Shown here one piece after another: positions 13,252 to 40,198 of a stretch of DNA of 64,000 nucleotides. Source of the stretch: Eimeria praecox (taxonomy: Eukaryota); the NCBI GenBank assembly GCA_963920595.1, contig OY986947.1, positions 1,984,001 through 2,048,000 of the forward strand. The letters are read 5' to 3'. A program made the translations under genes and the position numbers. The notes below the pieces were generated by a model. It did no database searches, was not told where the DNA came from, and saw only the letters and a program-made list of their open reading frames with translations. Each line of letters starts with the position of its first letter. The first letter of the stretch is position 1.

Positions 13252-13323
13252 AGGTCCTACTGGGGTTTGAACCCAGGTCGGCGGATTCAAAGTCCGCAGT
13301 GCTAGCCACTACACCATAGAACC
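13252..13323 (-). tRNA. tRNA-Gln: tRNA-Gln(TTG), copy 13
   Basis: Same 72-nt sequence as copy 3. Confidence 0.95.
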
Positions 13324-14280
13324 GCGAGGTGACCCTCACCCTGCGCAAAAGCATCACAGCTCTCCTGCTACAAAAATCGACGTCAACCAAGCTTCTTATT
13401 GTCTCTCGCAGACAGCTCGAATTCTGCGCAAGGCTCATCTTGGGCTCCTTCGCTCGGCATGTCTCCTCCGCACCACCCTGCTCACCCGTTTGGTGTTGAT
13501 TGTCTGCTTGCCTCTGGATTCCCCACCATGTTCGCTTCCGGAAGCTCTTGAAAATGGCTAAATTCCTGTACAACGCAGGTTCTGCATTAGGATATAAGAG
13601 AGATCAGATTCAGCACCAAGAAAAGCTAGCGCTCTACGATTGGAGCATGCGGCGGAGCAGACTTGAGGTTGGTGGGGCTCATGTGGGTGTGTGCTGAGGG
13701 CCGCTTCGTGGCGCTTGCCAGGAGAGGTCCTAAGCTTTGGCGCTGTCAAACGCCTGTTCTTGCATAGCAAATAAGGCTGCACGAATAGGTTGGCGCTGCT
13801 TCGAGAGGTCCATTTCCTCAAATCTCTAGTTCCGACACACCCTCATCGTCACAGAGAGAGCGGTGGGATGGTGGTACAGCTGTCAGGCTAGGCGCATGCG
13901 CTTGCATTTGCGCCCCAACATGCAGCCCCCCATCCCACCCGTAAAGACGCCTGACCATTGTGCACTCTTGCGCATACATAGCCATGCGTGAGAGTGGCAT
14001 GCTTCGCGGCATTAGTCCGTCTGCACCCCCCAAGTGATATGTAAAGCACGTTCCATGCACGTGCATTCAGCCTTCTCCAAGTGCATGCCGCATGTGAACA
14101 GCCGAAGGCAGATCCTTCTCGATACTGGCTGGCACCAAAGTTGCCCCAGAGATCGAGTGAAATGCAGCTTGGTGAGGTGGAGGCACTGGAGGCGAGCACA
14201 GCATTTCTGTGTGGGCATGCAGGATGCTACAGCATTTGGGGTGTGCCTTCGACTTCCTAGCATGCTAAGGGGCATCCAAA

Positions 14281-14352
14281 AGGTCCTACTGGGGTTTGAA
14301 CCCAGGTCGGCGGATTCAAAGTCCGCAGTGCTAGCCACTACACCATAGAACC
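14281..14352 (-). tRNA. tRNA-Gln: tRNA-Gln(TTG), copy 14 (last intact copy)
   Basis: Same 72-nt sequence as copy 3. Confidence 0.95.
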
Positions 14353-15446
14353 GCGAGGTGACCCTCGCCATGCGCAAAAGCATCACAGCTCTCCTGCTAC
14401 AAAAATCGACGTCAACCAAGCTTCTTATTGTCTCCCGCAGACAGCTCGAATTCTGAGCAAGGCTCATCTTGGGCTCCTTCGCTCGGCATGGCTCCTCCGC
14501 ACCACCCTGCTCACCCGTTTGGTGTTGATTGTCTGCTTGCCTCTGGATTCCCCACCATGTTCGCTTCCGGAAGCTCTTGAAAATGGCTAAATTCCTGTAC
14601 AACGAAGGTTCTGCATTAGGATATAAGAGAGATCAGATTCAGCACCAAGAAAAGCTAGCGCTCTACGATTGGAGCATGCGGCGGAGCAGACTTGAGGTTG
14701 GTGGGGCTCATGTGGGTGTGTGCTGAGGGCCGCTTCGTGGCGCTTGCCAGGAGAGGTCCTAAGCTTTGGCGCTGTCAAACGCCTGTTCTTGCATAGCAAA
14801 TAAGGCTGCACGAATAGGTTGGCGCTGCTTCGAGGGGTCCATTTCCTCAAATCTCTAGTTCCGACACACCCTCACCGTCACAGATAGAGCGGTGGGATGG
14901 TGGTACAGCTGTCAGGCTAGGCGCATGCGCTTGCATTTGCGCCCCAACATGCAGCCCCTCATCCCACCCGTAAAGACGGCTGACCATTGGGCACTCTTAC
15001 GCATACATAGCCATGCGTGATAGTGGCATGCTTCACGGCATTATTCCGTCTCCACCCCCCAGCATGTTCGCTTCCGGAGGCTCTTGAAAATGGCTAAATT
15101 CCTGTACAACGCAGGTTCTGCGTTAGGAGATAAGAAAGAACACAATGAACACGAATCAAAGCTACCGCCTTAGAGGAAAGCTCACGAATTGATGGTAGTG
15201 GTGCGCCCAGGGAATGCAGGAGTTCACATTCTAGTTCAGGGGAGTAACTGCGCATTCAGGCTTCTGTGGCTCCATGGCGCACAACCACAGTCGCCGGCAG
15301 GAGGTTGCCGAAATTGAATGGGAGCAGAATAGATGCAGCCTGCTAGTACCAAAGCTCTGGGAGCGATCACACTATTTTGATATGCTTGCATTGCTTTGTA
15401 TGTGCCGTCGGCCTCTTAGCATTTTAACGGGCAGCCAAAAGACCCA

Positions 15447-15518
15447 AGGCCATACTGGGGTTTGAGCCCAGGCCGGCTGCCTCGAAAACAACAGGGCTAG
15501 CCGGTACGCCATAGAACG
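15447..15518 (-). pseudogene. Degenerate tRNA-Gln-derived pseudogene at the array edge
   Basis: Aligns without gaps to the TTG-type tRNA (CGTTCTATGGCGTACCGGCTAGCCCT...CTGGGCTCAAACCCCAGTATGGCCT). Acceptor- and D-stem mismatches, TTC->CTC in the B box. The flank from ~15300 resembles decayed unit spacer. Confidence 0.85.
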
Positions 15519-16549
15519 ACGAAAGCTTTCTAACCTATTGACGAAGGCTCTAAGGTTCAGTGATTTGGCTACCCGGTTGCGTAGTACTGATCTGCTCTAG
15601 TGGAGCAGCTGGTACCCGAAGCGATCAAAAAGAGACGCTATATCCATTCGCAACCAGCAGTTGAGAGCACGTGGATTTTCACCCCCTTTCGTCATGATAC
15701 AAATTTCGAGGAAGTTAATGAGCTGAAAACGCTCTTTCGAATCCTCCAGCCGAGGATTAGTCGGAACTTGCACCCGCGGGATGGAAGTGCGGGTCTGCCC
15801 GATCAACGCACCGAGACTGGCTTGAAAGCACTTCCAAGACCCTGGCCTCCAACGTTATCAAGGCTGTAAAGCTCTTATCTCCTTATGTGCGAAGCCTTTG
15901 TTGTCTTCAGTTATGGCAGATGAGTAGGTGCTGGTGCTTGCACTGTGTAGAAGTGGGGGGGGCGACTCAGTGGGGGCTCGCTACAATGTGATAATGTTCC
16001 TAGGGGAATAAGGCCTAGATAGCTGGATACAACTCGACAGCTGACAGCCAAGGTGCCCTGGGATATATTTGTCGTTCTGCTGCGAGAAGCAGAACTGTCC
16101 CCTTGGCTGTGGGGATGATTTTCAAATCACCATAGATGCACGAGTGGACCCTAAAGGAAGCTTAGCGCAGCGTCGAGAATTAGGGCGGCCTGGAAGCAAG
16201 GTAGCACCCGTAGCTGTGGTGGTTAAATGTGTCAGAGTTGAAGGTATAAACGCGTGCATCTTGAGCATCAGCATGCTGAGCACAAATTGCTCGTGATGGA
16301 AGACGTATCACTGCACAGGTATTAGCCTGCAAGTGCGATCCGCAGCAGGTGGGTGCGAGGGAGCACATCCTTCAGAGCTCCTAACGGCTTGCGTTTCCTC
16401 AACGTTAGGAGGAGTGAAACCAGCCTCCCAAAGAGAAAATAGCCAGAAGAATCCTATGCAGTGCAGAGGAGCTGCCGGAAAGGATGGTAAAATCAAGACA
16501 ATCTGTCATTATGATCTTTCGAAGACCGAAGTTTTGGGGGATTCGTTTC

Positions 16550-17300
16550 AGTTAACACCCCAGGAACAGCAGAACTTGGAGCACCCGAAACAAGAGTCCT
16601 CATATGTATAAAGAAATAAGGTGCTCCCAGTGCGACTCCATTCCGCTTAACTCCCAATGCGCCGCATCAAAGTTACTTTCGGCGCAGCCGGCGCAGCCCC
16701 AAGTGTTGCTCCGAGGTGCAGGATACTCCTGCATCAATTCTTTCTGAACCGACGGACGGACGGACGAGTTTCTAAAAAAAAACAAAGTTTAACCGTGAAG
16801 CGTCGTGATCGGCTAAACTCTCTGGAGAAGGAGAAGGAGGAAAGGTGGAGCACGTGCACCGGCATCAAGCCCCTCGACAAAATCACGGTGAAACAAGAGC
16901 TTCCATTTCCCCGGAGTGACGAGCAGAACAGATTGATCGTCTGTAGGGCGTGCGAGCTGCACAAAAGTGCGTTCCATGCCCGCACTGGCGAACTAGTGCA
17001 CACCTATATGGACGCTGGGCTTGCGAATGCGCCTGCAGAACCTCAGGTGCAGGTCAACAACGACGATTGCTTGGGTTTAATTCAAGTGCACTGGATGATT
17101 GCAGGAATAGGGGGAACGGCTATGTTCAGCCATAATCTACAAGAGCCCTTGCAGCATCTGCAGCATGAGATGCAACCGCTATGTGAGAAATAGTGGTTCG
17201 CAAAATCACAGGAGCTTTGGTTTCCTATATACAAGATAGGCTGCTAGGGTTCCACATCACTCCAACATCGGATGTGACCGTTTTCCTTGTACACCCCAAA
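16550..17300 (+). mobile_element. Degenerate Ty3/gypsy LTR-retrotransposon pol (RT) relic; boundaries approximate
   Basis: ORF 16657-17193 contains KPLDKITVKQELPFPRSDE (cf. LNK.T.K..YPLPRID), KSAFHARTGELVHTYMDAGLANAPAEPQ (cf. KTAF.T..G.YE..VMPFGL.NAPATFQ) and FSHNLQEPLQHL (cf. FS...EEHL.HL). The YxDD catalytic motif is lost. Confidence 0.75.
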
Positions 17301-19084
17301 AAAGGCCGAAAGCGCATCGGTCTCGCATCAAACTACCGCAACCACCACAACTTCATTTCTCAATCCGTTCGCATCTCCGTCTCTAGGAAATTCAAGCAAT
17401 TTATTTTGACAATAACCGGAAAAGAACCCGTGAAAAGGATTTGTTTTTATCCTAGGTTTTTGCGAAAATGCGAGCTAAAAAAGGGTCAAATACTTAAGAT
17501 AAGGGTTCCGCAAGAGCAGAAGGCCTCCCCCTTTCCCCGCAGGAGTCCTGAATTTCCAAGGGGTTGAGGATGGTTGGGGTAGAGGCTTCTCATGAGTTTC
17601 AGCCTTGCAGCAACTAGTGCTGCAGGACAGCCCCACGCGCATGCACGGCCAGTCCCCCTTCCGTTACACGCGGTAGCATTGTACAACGTAGTGTAGACTT
17701 TAGTCGAACACCTACTTGGCCAACTGTAACGAGCAGACACACGAATCCTAACATCACAACCTACGCTACGCGCAGAGTCAAAATACTTTCAATTCTGCAG
17801 AAGCAGCTACGCTCCCTTTCAGATTCCAATTATCCCGGGAACGCCGATAGAGGTGCCTGGGGCTGATGAGGAGAGTAGGTAACACATGCCAAGAGTTGCA
17901 GTACCCTTTCTCCCTACTGGACAGCTGTTAAGCACTGGCTTGGTCATGAGTATCCAACCCACACGCATGCGTAAATAAATACACGGCCCAGTTTGTATTT
18001 ATCTCTACACGCAGACCATGCTAGAATGCATACTTGAATATAACTGCTCGCCTCAGCGCTGCTCTCACAGACAATAACTCAAGCATAAGCACACAAGAAA
18101 AAACTACCCCTATGTTTTTGCCAGGTTTCAGAAAAGGCAGTTAGTCTGCCCTCACGCCATTTAAGGAATCCTAGTGGTGGGCTTAAGTGTTCGTCCTTTA
18201 ACCCAATAAGCGATGCGCTGCGAGCACTGGACCCAGAGCGGAGGGTAAGGGTTCCACATTTAGGCTAAGAAAGCATTTTCACGCATTGATGCAGGATGCG
18301 TTTGCTGTGCTTGTGCAGAAGGAGGGGCGTCAGGAGCGCGTTGTGTGTGTGTGTGTGCATGTGTGTAAATATGCAGATTGGCAACCGAAATTGAGGACTT
18401 CGATTTGAAAGTTTTGGGAGGCTGGAAGCGCGTGGGTTTTTGCCTCCTCATACATGTTGGCTGTTTTCGATTTCTTTATGTTCCATGTCTTTACCTTATG
18501 GCTTGCAGAAGGTGCGTTTGTTTTGTAAAAGCCTCTGGCGGGCAGCCGTAGCTGCCTGTGGAGCACTTGAGGACTCTGCATGCGGCTGAACGGGAGCGGC
18601 GGGTCATGTTGGCATCCTCATCTTCGTTGTTTTCAGTGTTTAGTCAAATTTCTTTTTATACTTTTTGTGCTCTCTTTTTATTTTTTGGTTGGAAGGGCTC
18701 CTGTTTGCTCCCGCAGAGGGCAGGGGCTTATCGTAGACCTCTCCTCGTTGAAGGGTCACGGGACAGGAGAGGCAGATCACCATTTTTTGCGCTGTATAAG
18801 GCTACTGAGGCCACAGATAAGTCATTTTCTTTCATTTAAACTTCATGCATCTCTTATTAATTCGCACGCCTGGCCGTCAGCTGCTCTTCGGTCTCTTCAC
18901 AGGCCTGAGAACCAGCAACGAGGCCCCGCGCAGCCTAAACTTACTCTACCCATGTCCCCCTCTACGGACAACCCATGCAGCATCAGAGTTACCACAAACA
19001 GCAGCAGCAGCAACAGCAGCTACAGCCGCAGGAAAGACCCCGGGTTGCTCTTAAGTGAGGCGTGACTGTAGCCCCCAACTTGCT

Positions 19085-25643
<6,559 letters not shown>

Positions 25644-26299
25644 GCGTGTTGTTGTATTTCTGTTGGGAGAGGGCCTTTCTCTACATTCATGTTCCACTCT
25701 GCCTCGCAAGCCGAGGTGATGATCGGTCGGCGAGGACAGCCATCCATTCCCATTCCCCGCCATTCCCCTGCTACCCTACTCCGGCTTGTGCACGACGGAG
25801 ACAGGGCTAGGATATTTGATGTTTGTTAATGCATTTAAGGAGCCGCCGGTACACCTCCCGCACTGGAGAAGGCGGCAACCACACATACGACGCACACACC
25901 GGCAGGCACAGAAACGAGACCCAGCAGGGTCCGCCTATGCATACTTGTCACTTGCTGCCGTGAGGAGGCCAAGCCGCCGCTGCTATCACGACGTGCGCAC
26001 CTCTGTGGCTCTAGATAAGCAGAGTGCCCGGAATAAGCCGTCGCTCGTCTTGGCGAAGATACATGCCAATGAGATGCCGCGAGAATGCCGTGTGGCACAG
26101 CTTCCGTTTCCCGACTACTCCCAGACACGATCACTCCTCACTGTCTGCTTGCTGGTGTAAGCTAAGCGCGACATTGAAGGAGCTGATGAATTGTATTTTT
26201 TGTGTCTGGGTTCGGTAATAAACCCTTCAGGTATGGGGTCGCAGCCCCGCTGTTCCCACCGGTGCAGAGTGGGTAGGCCTCGTGGGTACCATGAGGGCA

Positions 26300-27000
26300 C
26301 TCAAAGAAAAGTGGCACCACCTTTGGAAAACAGTTCTCCCTTGTCACACCATGTTTTGTTGGAAGGGAACACAGTTCCTGCACCATGTTGAACGTTTTAT
26401 TGCCCTTCAGCTCAACTGTAGAGGCTTCTTGTGTAAATTCGAAGGATACTGGAGGCCACACCCGAAGGTGACTGAATTTTCCCCTCCAACAGACACGACG
26501 TTTTTCGATTAAATACGCATGCCAGACAGCTTGCGAGGAGGATGAACTACACCATTTTAAGGTAGGGTGTCGCTGGCTGCTATGATGCAATTTGCAGCGG
26601 AAGTGGCATCTCGAGGCGTCAGTAGATTCTTCATTTTCCTTGTAGGAGTACGTAGATGAAATAGCTCAGAGAGTAACCAACACTGTTCACTCTTATGCGG
26701 TCTAGGAGGAGCTTCATTCAAGACGATGTGGGTTCAAGTATAGTTCGTAGGAAAGCCTCACAGACGCATTGCTCCAAAGTCGCACAGCGTATGGGGTAGT
26801 GCAAAACGTGGTGTCCGATTCTTCTGCACCAACAGTTTCCTCGCTATCAGTATACTTTTATGCGCACTGTACGTCACAAAAACAACACCAAGCAGCGCTG
26901 CTGAAGCCATCCTCATCAGCCTTTTCATGTCTGCTCGCCGCGCCCTGTGGGCCAGTGCCGCTTTAGGGGGGAATAAGCACACTGGATGCGCTGTCGCATA
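26300..27000 (+). mobile_element. Possible heavily decayed gypsy-like RT relic
   Basis: Stop-riddled fragments in the expected order: LSHHVLLEGNTVP (cf. H.I.L.PG..P), RRFSIKYA (cf. RFCIDYR), ASFKTMW..*FVGKP (cf. TAFKT..G.YEF.VMP). Weak similarity only. Confidence 0.35.
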
Positions 27001-28439
27001 TATACTATATATAGTGTCTATAGGCGCGAACTAAATAACGCGCACGCGTACATTATTTTAGAGAACCTGAGTCTACAAACAGACTTGCTGTATACCTTTT
27101 AGGCATTTAAGGCACGGTCTACGCATTCACCGCGCATCAACTGTTCTTGCCAGCAATGTATATATGCAAATATCCTAACCCTCCAGTCGTGGCCACTTAA
27201 AAGAAAACGCAGAAATGTCCACTTACAACAGGCCCTTGCGTTTCAACTTAAGTGCCCGGCGTGCCTTCGAATCAGCCAAAGTTCACCTTTTTCAATAATC
27301 TGCCTATCAGTGAGAAGGTGTCTCTCAGCTTCCGCTTAACATAAAATAACGTCCCAAATTCGGTCTGACGATTCTTTACAAAGTAAGCCTAAACCCTCTG
27401 AGGCACCTGGAAGCAGGCAGTAGCACTGCTCGTGCCCCCTAAACAAGTAGAAAAAGGTTCCCAATAGCGGTGCGTCCCGTCTGTACCCTCTCCTCCGCTA
27501 TGTCTCCCGGGAAGAGAGCAGCCCCCATGGGGCGTGAAAATGGGGGTCGGAAAGGAGAGGGACAGTTGCTTTGTCTGCTCTTGGTTGCCTTGCTGTCTGT
27601 GCTTGCCTTTACACCGAGCGGGGCTGGAGTGTACTAACAGCAGCAGCACACTTCAAAAATCACAGCAGCGGCGGCACGAGCAACGAGAGGACGAAGGGGA
27701 CCCGCTGCTGCCTAAATGCTGCCCCTGTCTTTCTGTTTGTCCGTTTGTCCACATTAAACGAGAAAACTATCGTTTAATGAACTGTACACCAGAAATGAAC
27801 TCCGGTCACTTCCGGCTTTCACTTGCCGCCCATCAACACCTCGGGCAACCTCAATACCTCCTCTACACAGAGCTCTAGCCCCTGCGGGAAAAGCCTCAAC
27901 GCGCAGCTGTTGCATGCCGCTGCCTGCTGATGTTGCTGTTCCAGGGTGCGGCTGTTGCAAGGCGCTGCTACGACGTGCTGCTGTTGCTGCCTGCTGATGC
28001 TGCTTCAGGCTTTTGGTGCTGCCGCATTCCGGTGAAGGCGCCTTCCGGAAATATGCGAGCAGGAGCTGCGGCTGAGTGCTCCAAACCCAATTGCAAATTC
28101 ATACATATTTGTGCATGCATCTACATGCATGTAAGTACACGTAAAGACTAATAGTAGAAATGTATGCACGTGCGCGTAAATGCAAATACTGTATATTTGC
28201 GGATGTATAAATAAGTACACACACATGTATGTAACATTTTAATGCCACTGCAACAAACTGTTCAGGCGAGCTGAGGATCAGCAGACAAGGCAAAACGAGA
28301 CAAATATACACACATGAACAATCAGTAATACAGCGAAAGGCCATGGAGGAACGTTTTGCAGGGGCTTCAACTGTCTCTCCGCGTGTCGTGTGTCTTGGGC
28401 CTCAGTCTGTTTCCACATCCAACAAAGGGACAACGCCAA

Positions 28440-37564
<9,125 letters not shown>

Positions 37565-37767
37565 CTCCGCAGGGCAACCTGCAGACAAAGAAAGAAGAAT
37601 ACGAGAAATAAATTAAATAAACATACGATGCTGTCAATCAGCGTACAACACAAAACAAAAGAAAAGAGCCAAACGCCCACACAATATTATTATCATTCAT
37701 CGCAGACGCGCAGACAGGCATGGCCATGTGCCTTCATAATGTTATATGTATGCATATATATATTCAT

Positions 37768-37825
<58 letters not shown>

Positions 37826-40198
37826 ATGAATGCATATACACGCATGTCTACTAAACGGAACAGATGAGACCACATCAATCGGCAGCAAAAAAGAAGTGGC
37901 AGAGAGGCTACTCCAGCAGTTAGGGGGAGAAGGAAGAAGATCTGGAGTGTAAGGAGGACTCCACGTACTATAGAATTCGCGGCCCTCAGATAAACAAAAT
38001 TGGGCTACCGATAGTGTGGGGTCTGTTGCTGGGGGTGGCTGGCTGTAAGACAGCTGTGCCGCTGCCAATGATGCTGCTGTTGCTGTTGTCGCCGCCGCCG
38101 CCGCTTCTCCTGCCCTTGCTGTCGCTGCAGCTTATTTTGCTGCAGCAGCTTCTGCTGCTTATCGTGCTGCAGCTAGGGCTCTTCCTGCTGCAGCTGCTCC
38201 AGGGGCTGCTGTTGCTAGAGCTGCTGCAGTGGCCGCAGCCGTGGCTGTTGATAATGCGAGTAAAGGATTGTGACGACGCTGCGGGCAGAGGAAAAGAAAT
38301 GAGGTGAAGGAGCAGAAAAACGCTCAAAGAAAGAAAGAAGGAGAGTTGAATGCGGAAGCGCCGGGGGGTTAAGGGCAACAAGCGGTGAGGAGGAAAGACA
38401 GGCATAAGAATGGGCAGAAAAGAACTAGAGCAGCTAAATCAACAAAACACAGCGAATTAATTATATTATTTGTGTTTTGCTGCATAAATAATGCCCAGAC
38501 AACACTCACCAAGGCCTACCAGCCCCGCCAAGACCCCATGCACACCGAGCAGCGGCTACCTGTGCTGCAGTGTATATACGCTTCAAGACAAAGTTGGTAC
38601 TTGTGTTTCATTATTTATAAAAACAAATATTTCATGAATTTGCAACAGATTCCCTGCATTTACGGCCCACGCATGCCCTGCAGCTCCTCCTCCCCCGACA
38701 ACAACGACGGGTGGCCGCGCATCTTGTTTTTCTGTGTTTGCTTGTTTGTTTAGACACCTCCAATTCTGTTCTCTTGTCCTTTTGCATTTTATTCTTCTTT
38801 AATTTATTTTATGCCTCTTATTATCGGCGTAAGAACACTGTACGGATGAACCGACCATTTGTAGCCGTCCGCAACGTAAGGCAGCGGCACGCGAACGCTG
38901 ACTCGCTTAGTGTTTGTTTTATACTTCTTGCTTTGTCTTCCCTGCCAATTAATGTTTCTGTATTTTCTCCTGCTCTTTTGCCGTGATAGGAGCAGAATAG
39001 TAGGACCCAGCCGCTCCATTGATGGTAGTCTACTGTTTGTACGCACAGCTGTACTGTACCTGTGGGATGCCCCTGTAGGTGTTGATGTGTATGTACACCG
39101 CAACCGCGTGCATCCAAGTAACTGACTGGCAGCAGCAGCTCGGCAGCTGCGGCTAGCCAGTGTCTATCCAGCTAGCCACCCTGCGAGGTGCCAGCGCTGC
39201 GGGTGTCTGTCTATGCAGAAGGGCTGTTTGTTTGTTTTCATTTTAATTAGTTTCTTCCCTAGCCCTAAGACTGTGTACGCCGTCGGGCCACTAAGACACT
39301 AAAGCGTTATGCAGCAGTGCTGCAAGAGATGTGTTTCCTATCCTCACTCTCTCTAATCCATCTGTCCTTCTTATGTGCCTGTTTCTATCTATCCCCCTCG
39401 CTTTGCTCCCTCTCCTCCTCCCCCATTTGCCCTCTTTCTCTCTTAGATTTGAATATACCATGCGCAACAAAACATGTGTTGAGTGACTGCCTGCCTCTAT
39501 GCTTCTCGTGCTGCTTGTGTACTACATGCCTGTTAGAGGAGTACAGATATATATACCAATTATATATATTGACCCTACAACCGCGTTTGCAAACGAAGGA
39601 AGAAATTCATAAATAAAAGCCAAAGCCTTCCTGTTAATGTTGCTTCGGCCCATCGCCAAAAACACCCTTTCCTCAACTTCAGGTGTATGCATGCATACAC
39701 CTGAAAAAAACCTACTTATTCCTCTTTTCAGTGTCTTCCCGATGGGATGCGCCTCTAACTTGTGTTCAAACTGCATTTGTAGTGTGTCCCCGACAGGCCA
39801 GCACATTTGCTGGCTGTTTGTTTCTCGGTTTTCTTCTTTATTTAATTACACAATTAAATATATATATACAAACAAATGCTACAAAATAACAAACAAAAAG
39901 CCTAAGCATTGTCGCGAATCAACACACACACACCCCTTGGGTATATCAAACTGCTGCAGCCGCACAACTACGCTGCCTGTCGCCTCTATCTCCCTCTGTG
40001 CCCTCAACAGCAGCACCGCCACAGCCTCTTAAAAACCCCTCGTTGCTCCTGCAGCTGCAGCTCCCCTTCCTGATGCTGTTGCTGCTGCTGCGCTGTTCCC
40101 TGCGGCTACATTTTCAGTGCTGCTGCCGCACGACACATATACGGCTGTAGCTCATCTTCTGTTGCATGCATCGCATGCTTCGCAGACTTGCTGCATTA

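Larger units (their letters stand above)
1..15060. repeat. Tandem array of ~1028-1034 bp units, each with one tRNA-Gln gene; continues beyond the window start
   Basis: Near-identical unit recurs; tRNA-to-tRNA spacings are 1034,1034,1033,1029,1029,1033,1033,1029,1029,1028,1029,1029,1029. The same spurious ORFs recur with this period. Confidence 0.98.

Noticed and set aside
102..14850. Recurring 60-196 aa ORFs in each array unit
   Set aside because: They overlap the tRNA on both strands, mostly use non-ATG starts, change or frameshift between copies and show no domain motifs; they are by-products of the repeat.
1..15060. Array considered as CRISPR, 5S rDNA or a SINE cluster
   Set aside because: No unique spacers and no 5S sequence recognised; the tRNAs are intact, end in a T-run, and have no poly-A tail or target-site duplications.
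27100..28340. Possible small gene between the kinase and the acyl-CoA synthetase
   Set aside because: Only short low-complexity ORFs; no consistent exon model or motif.
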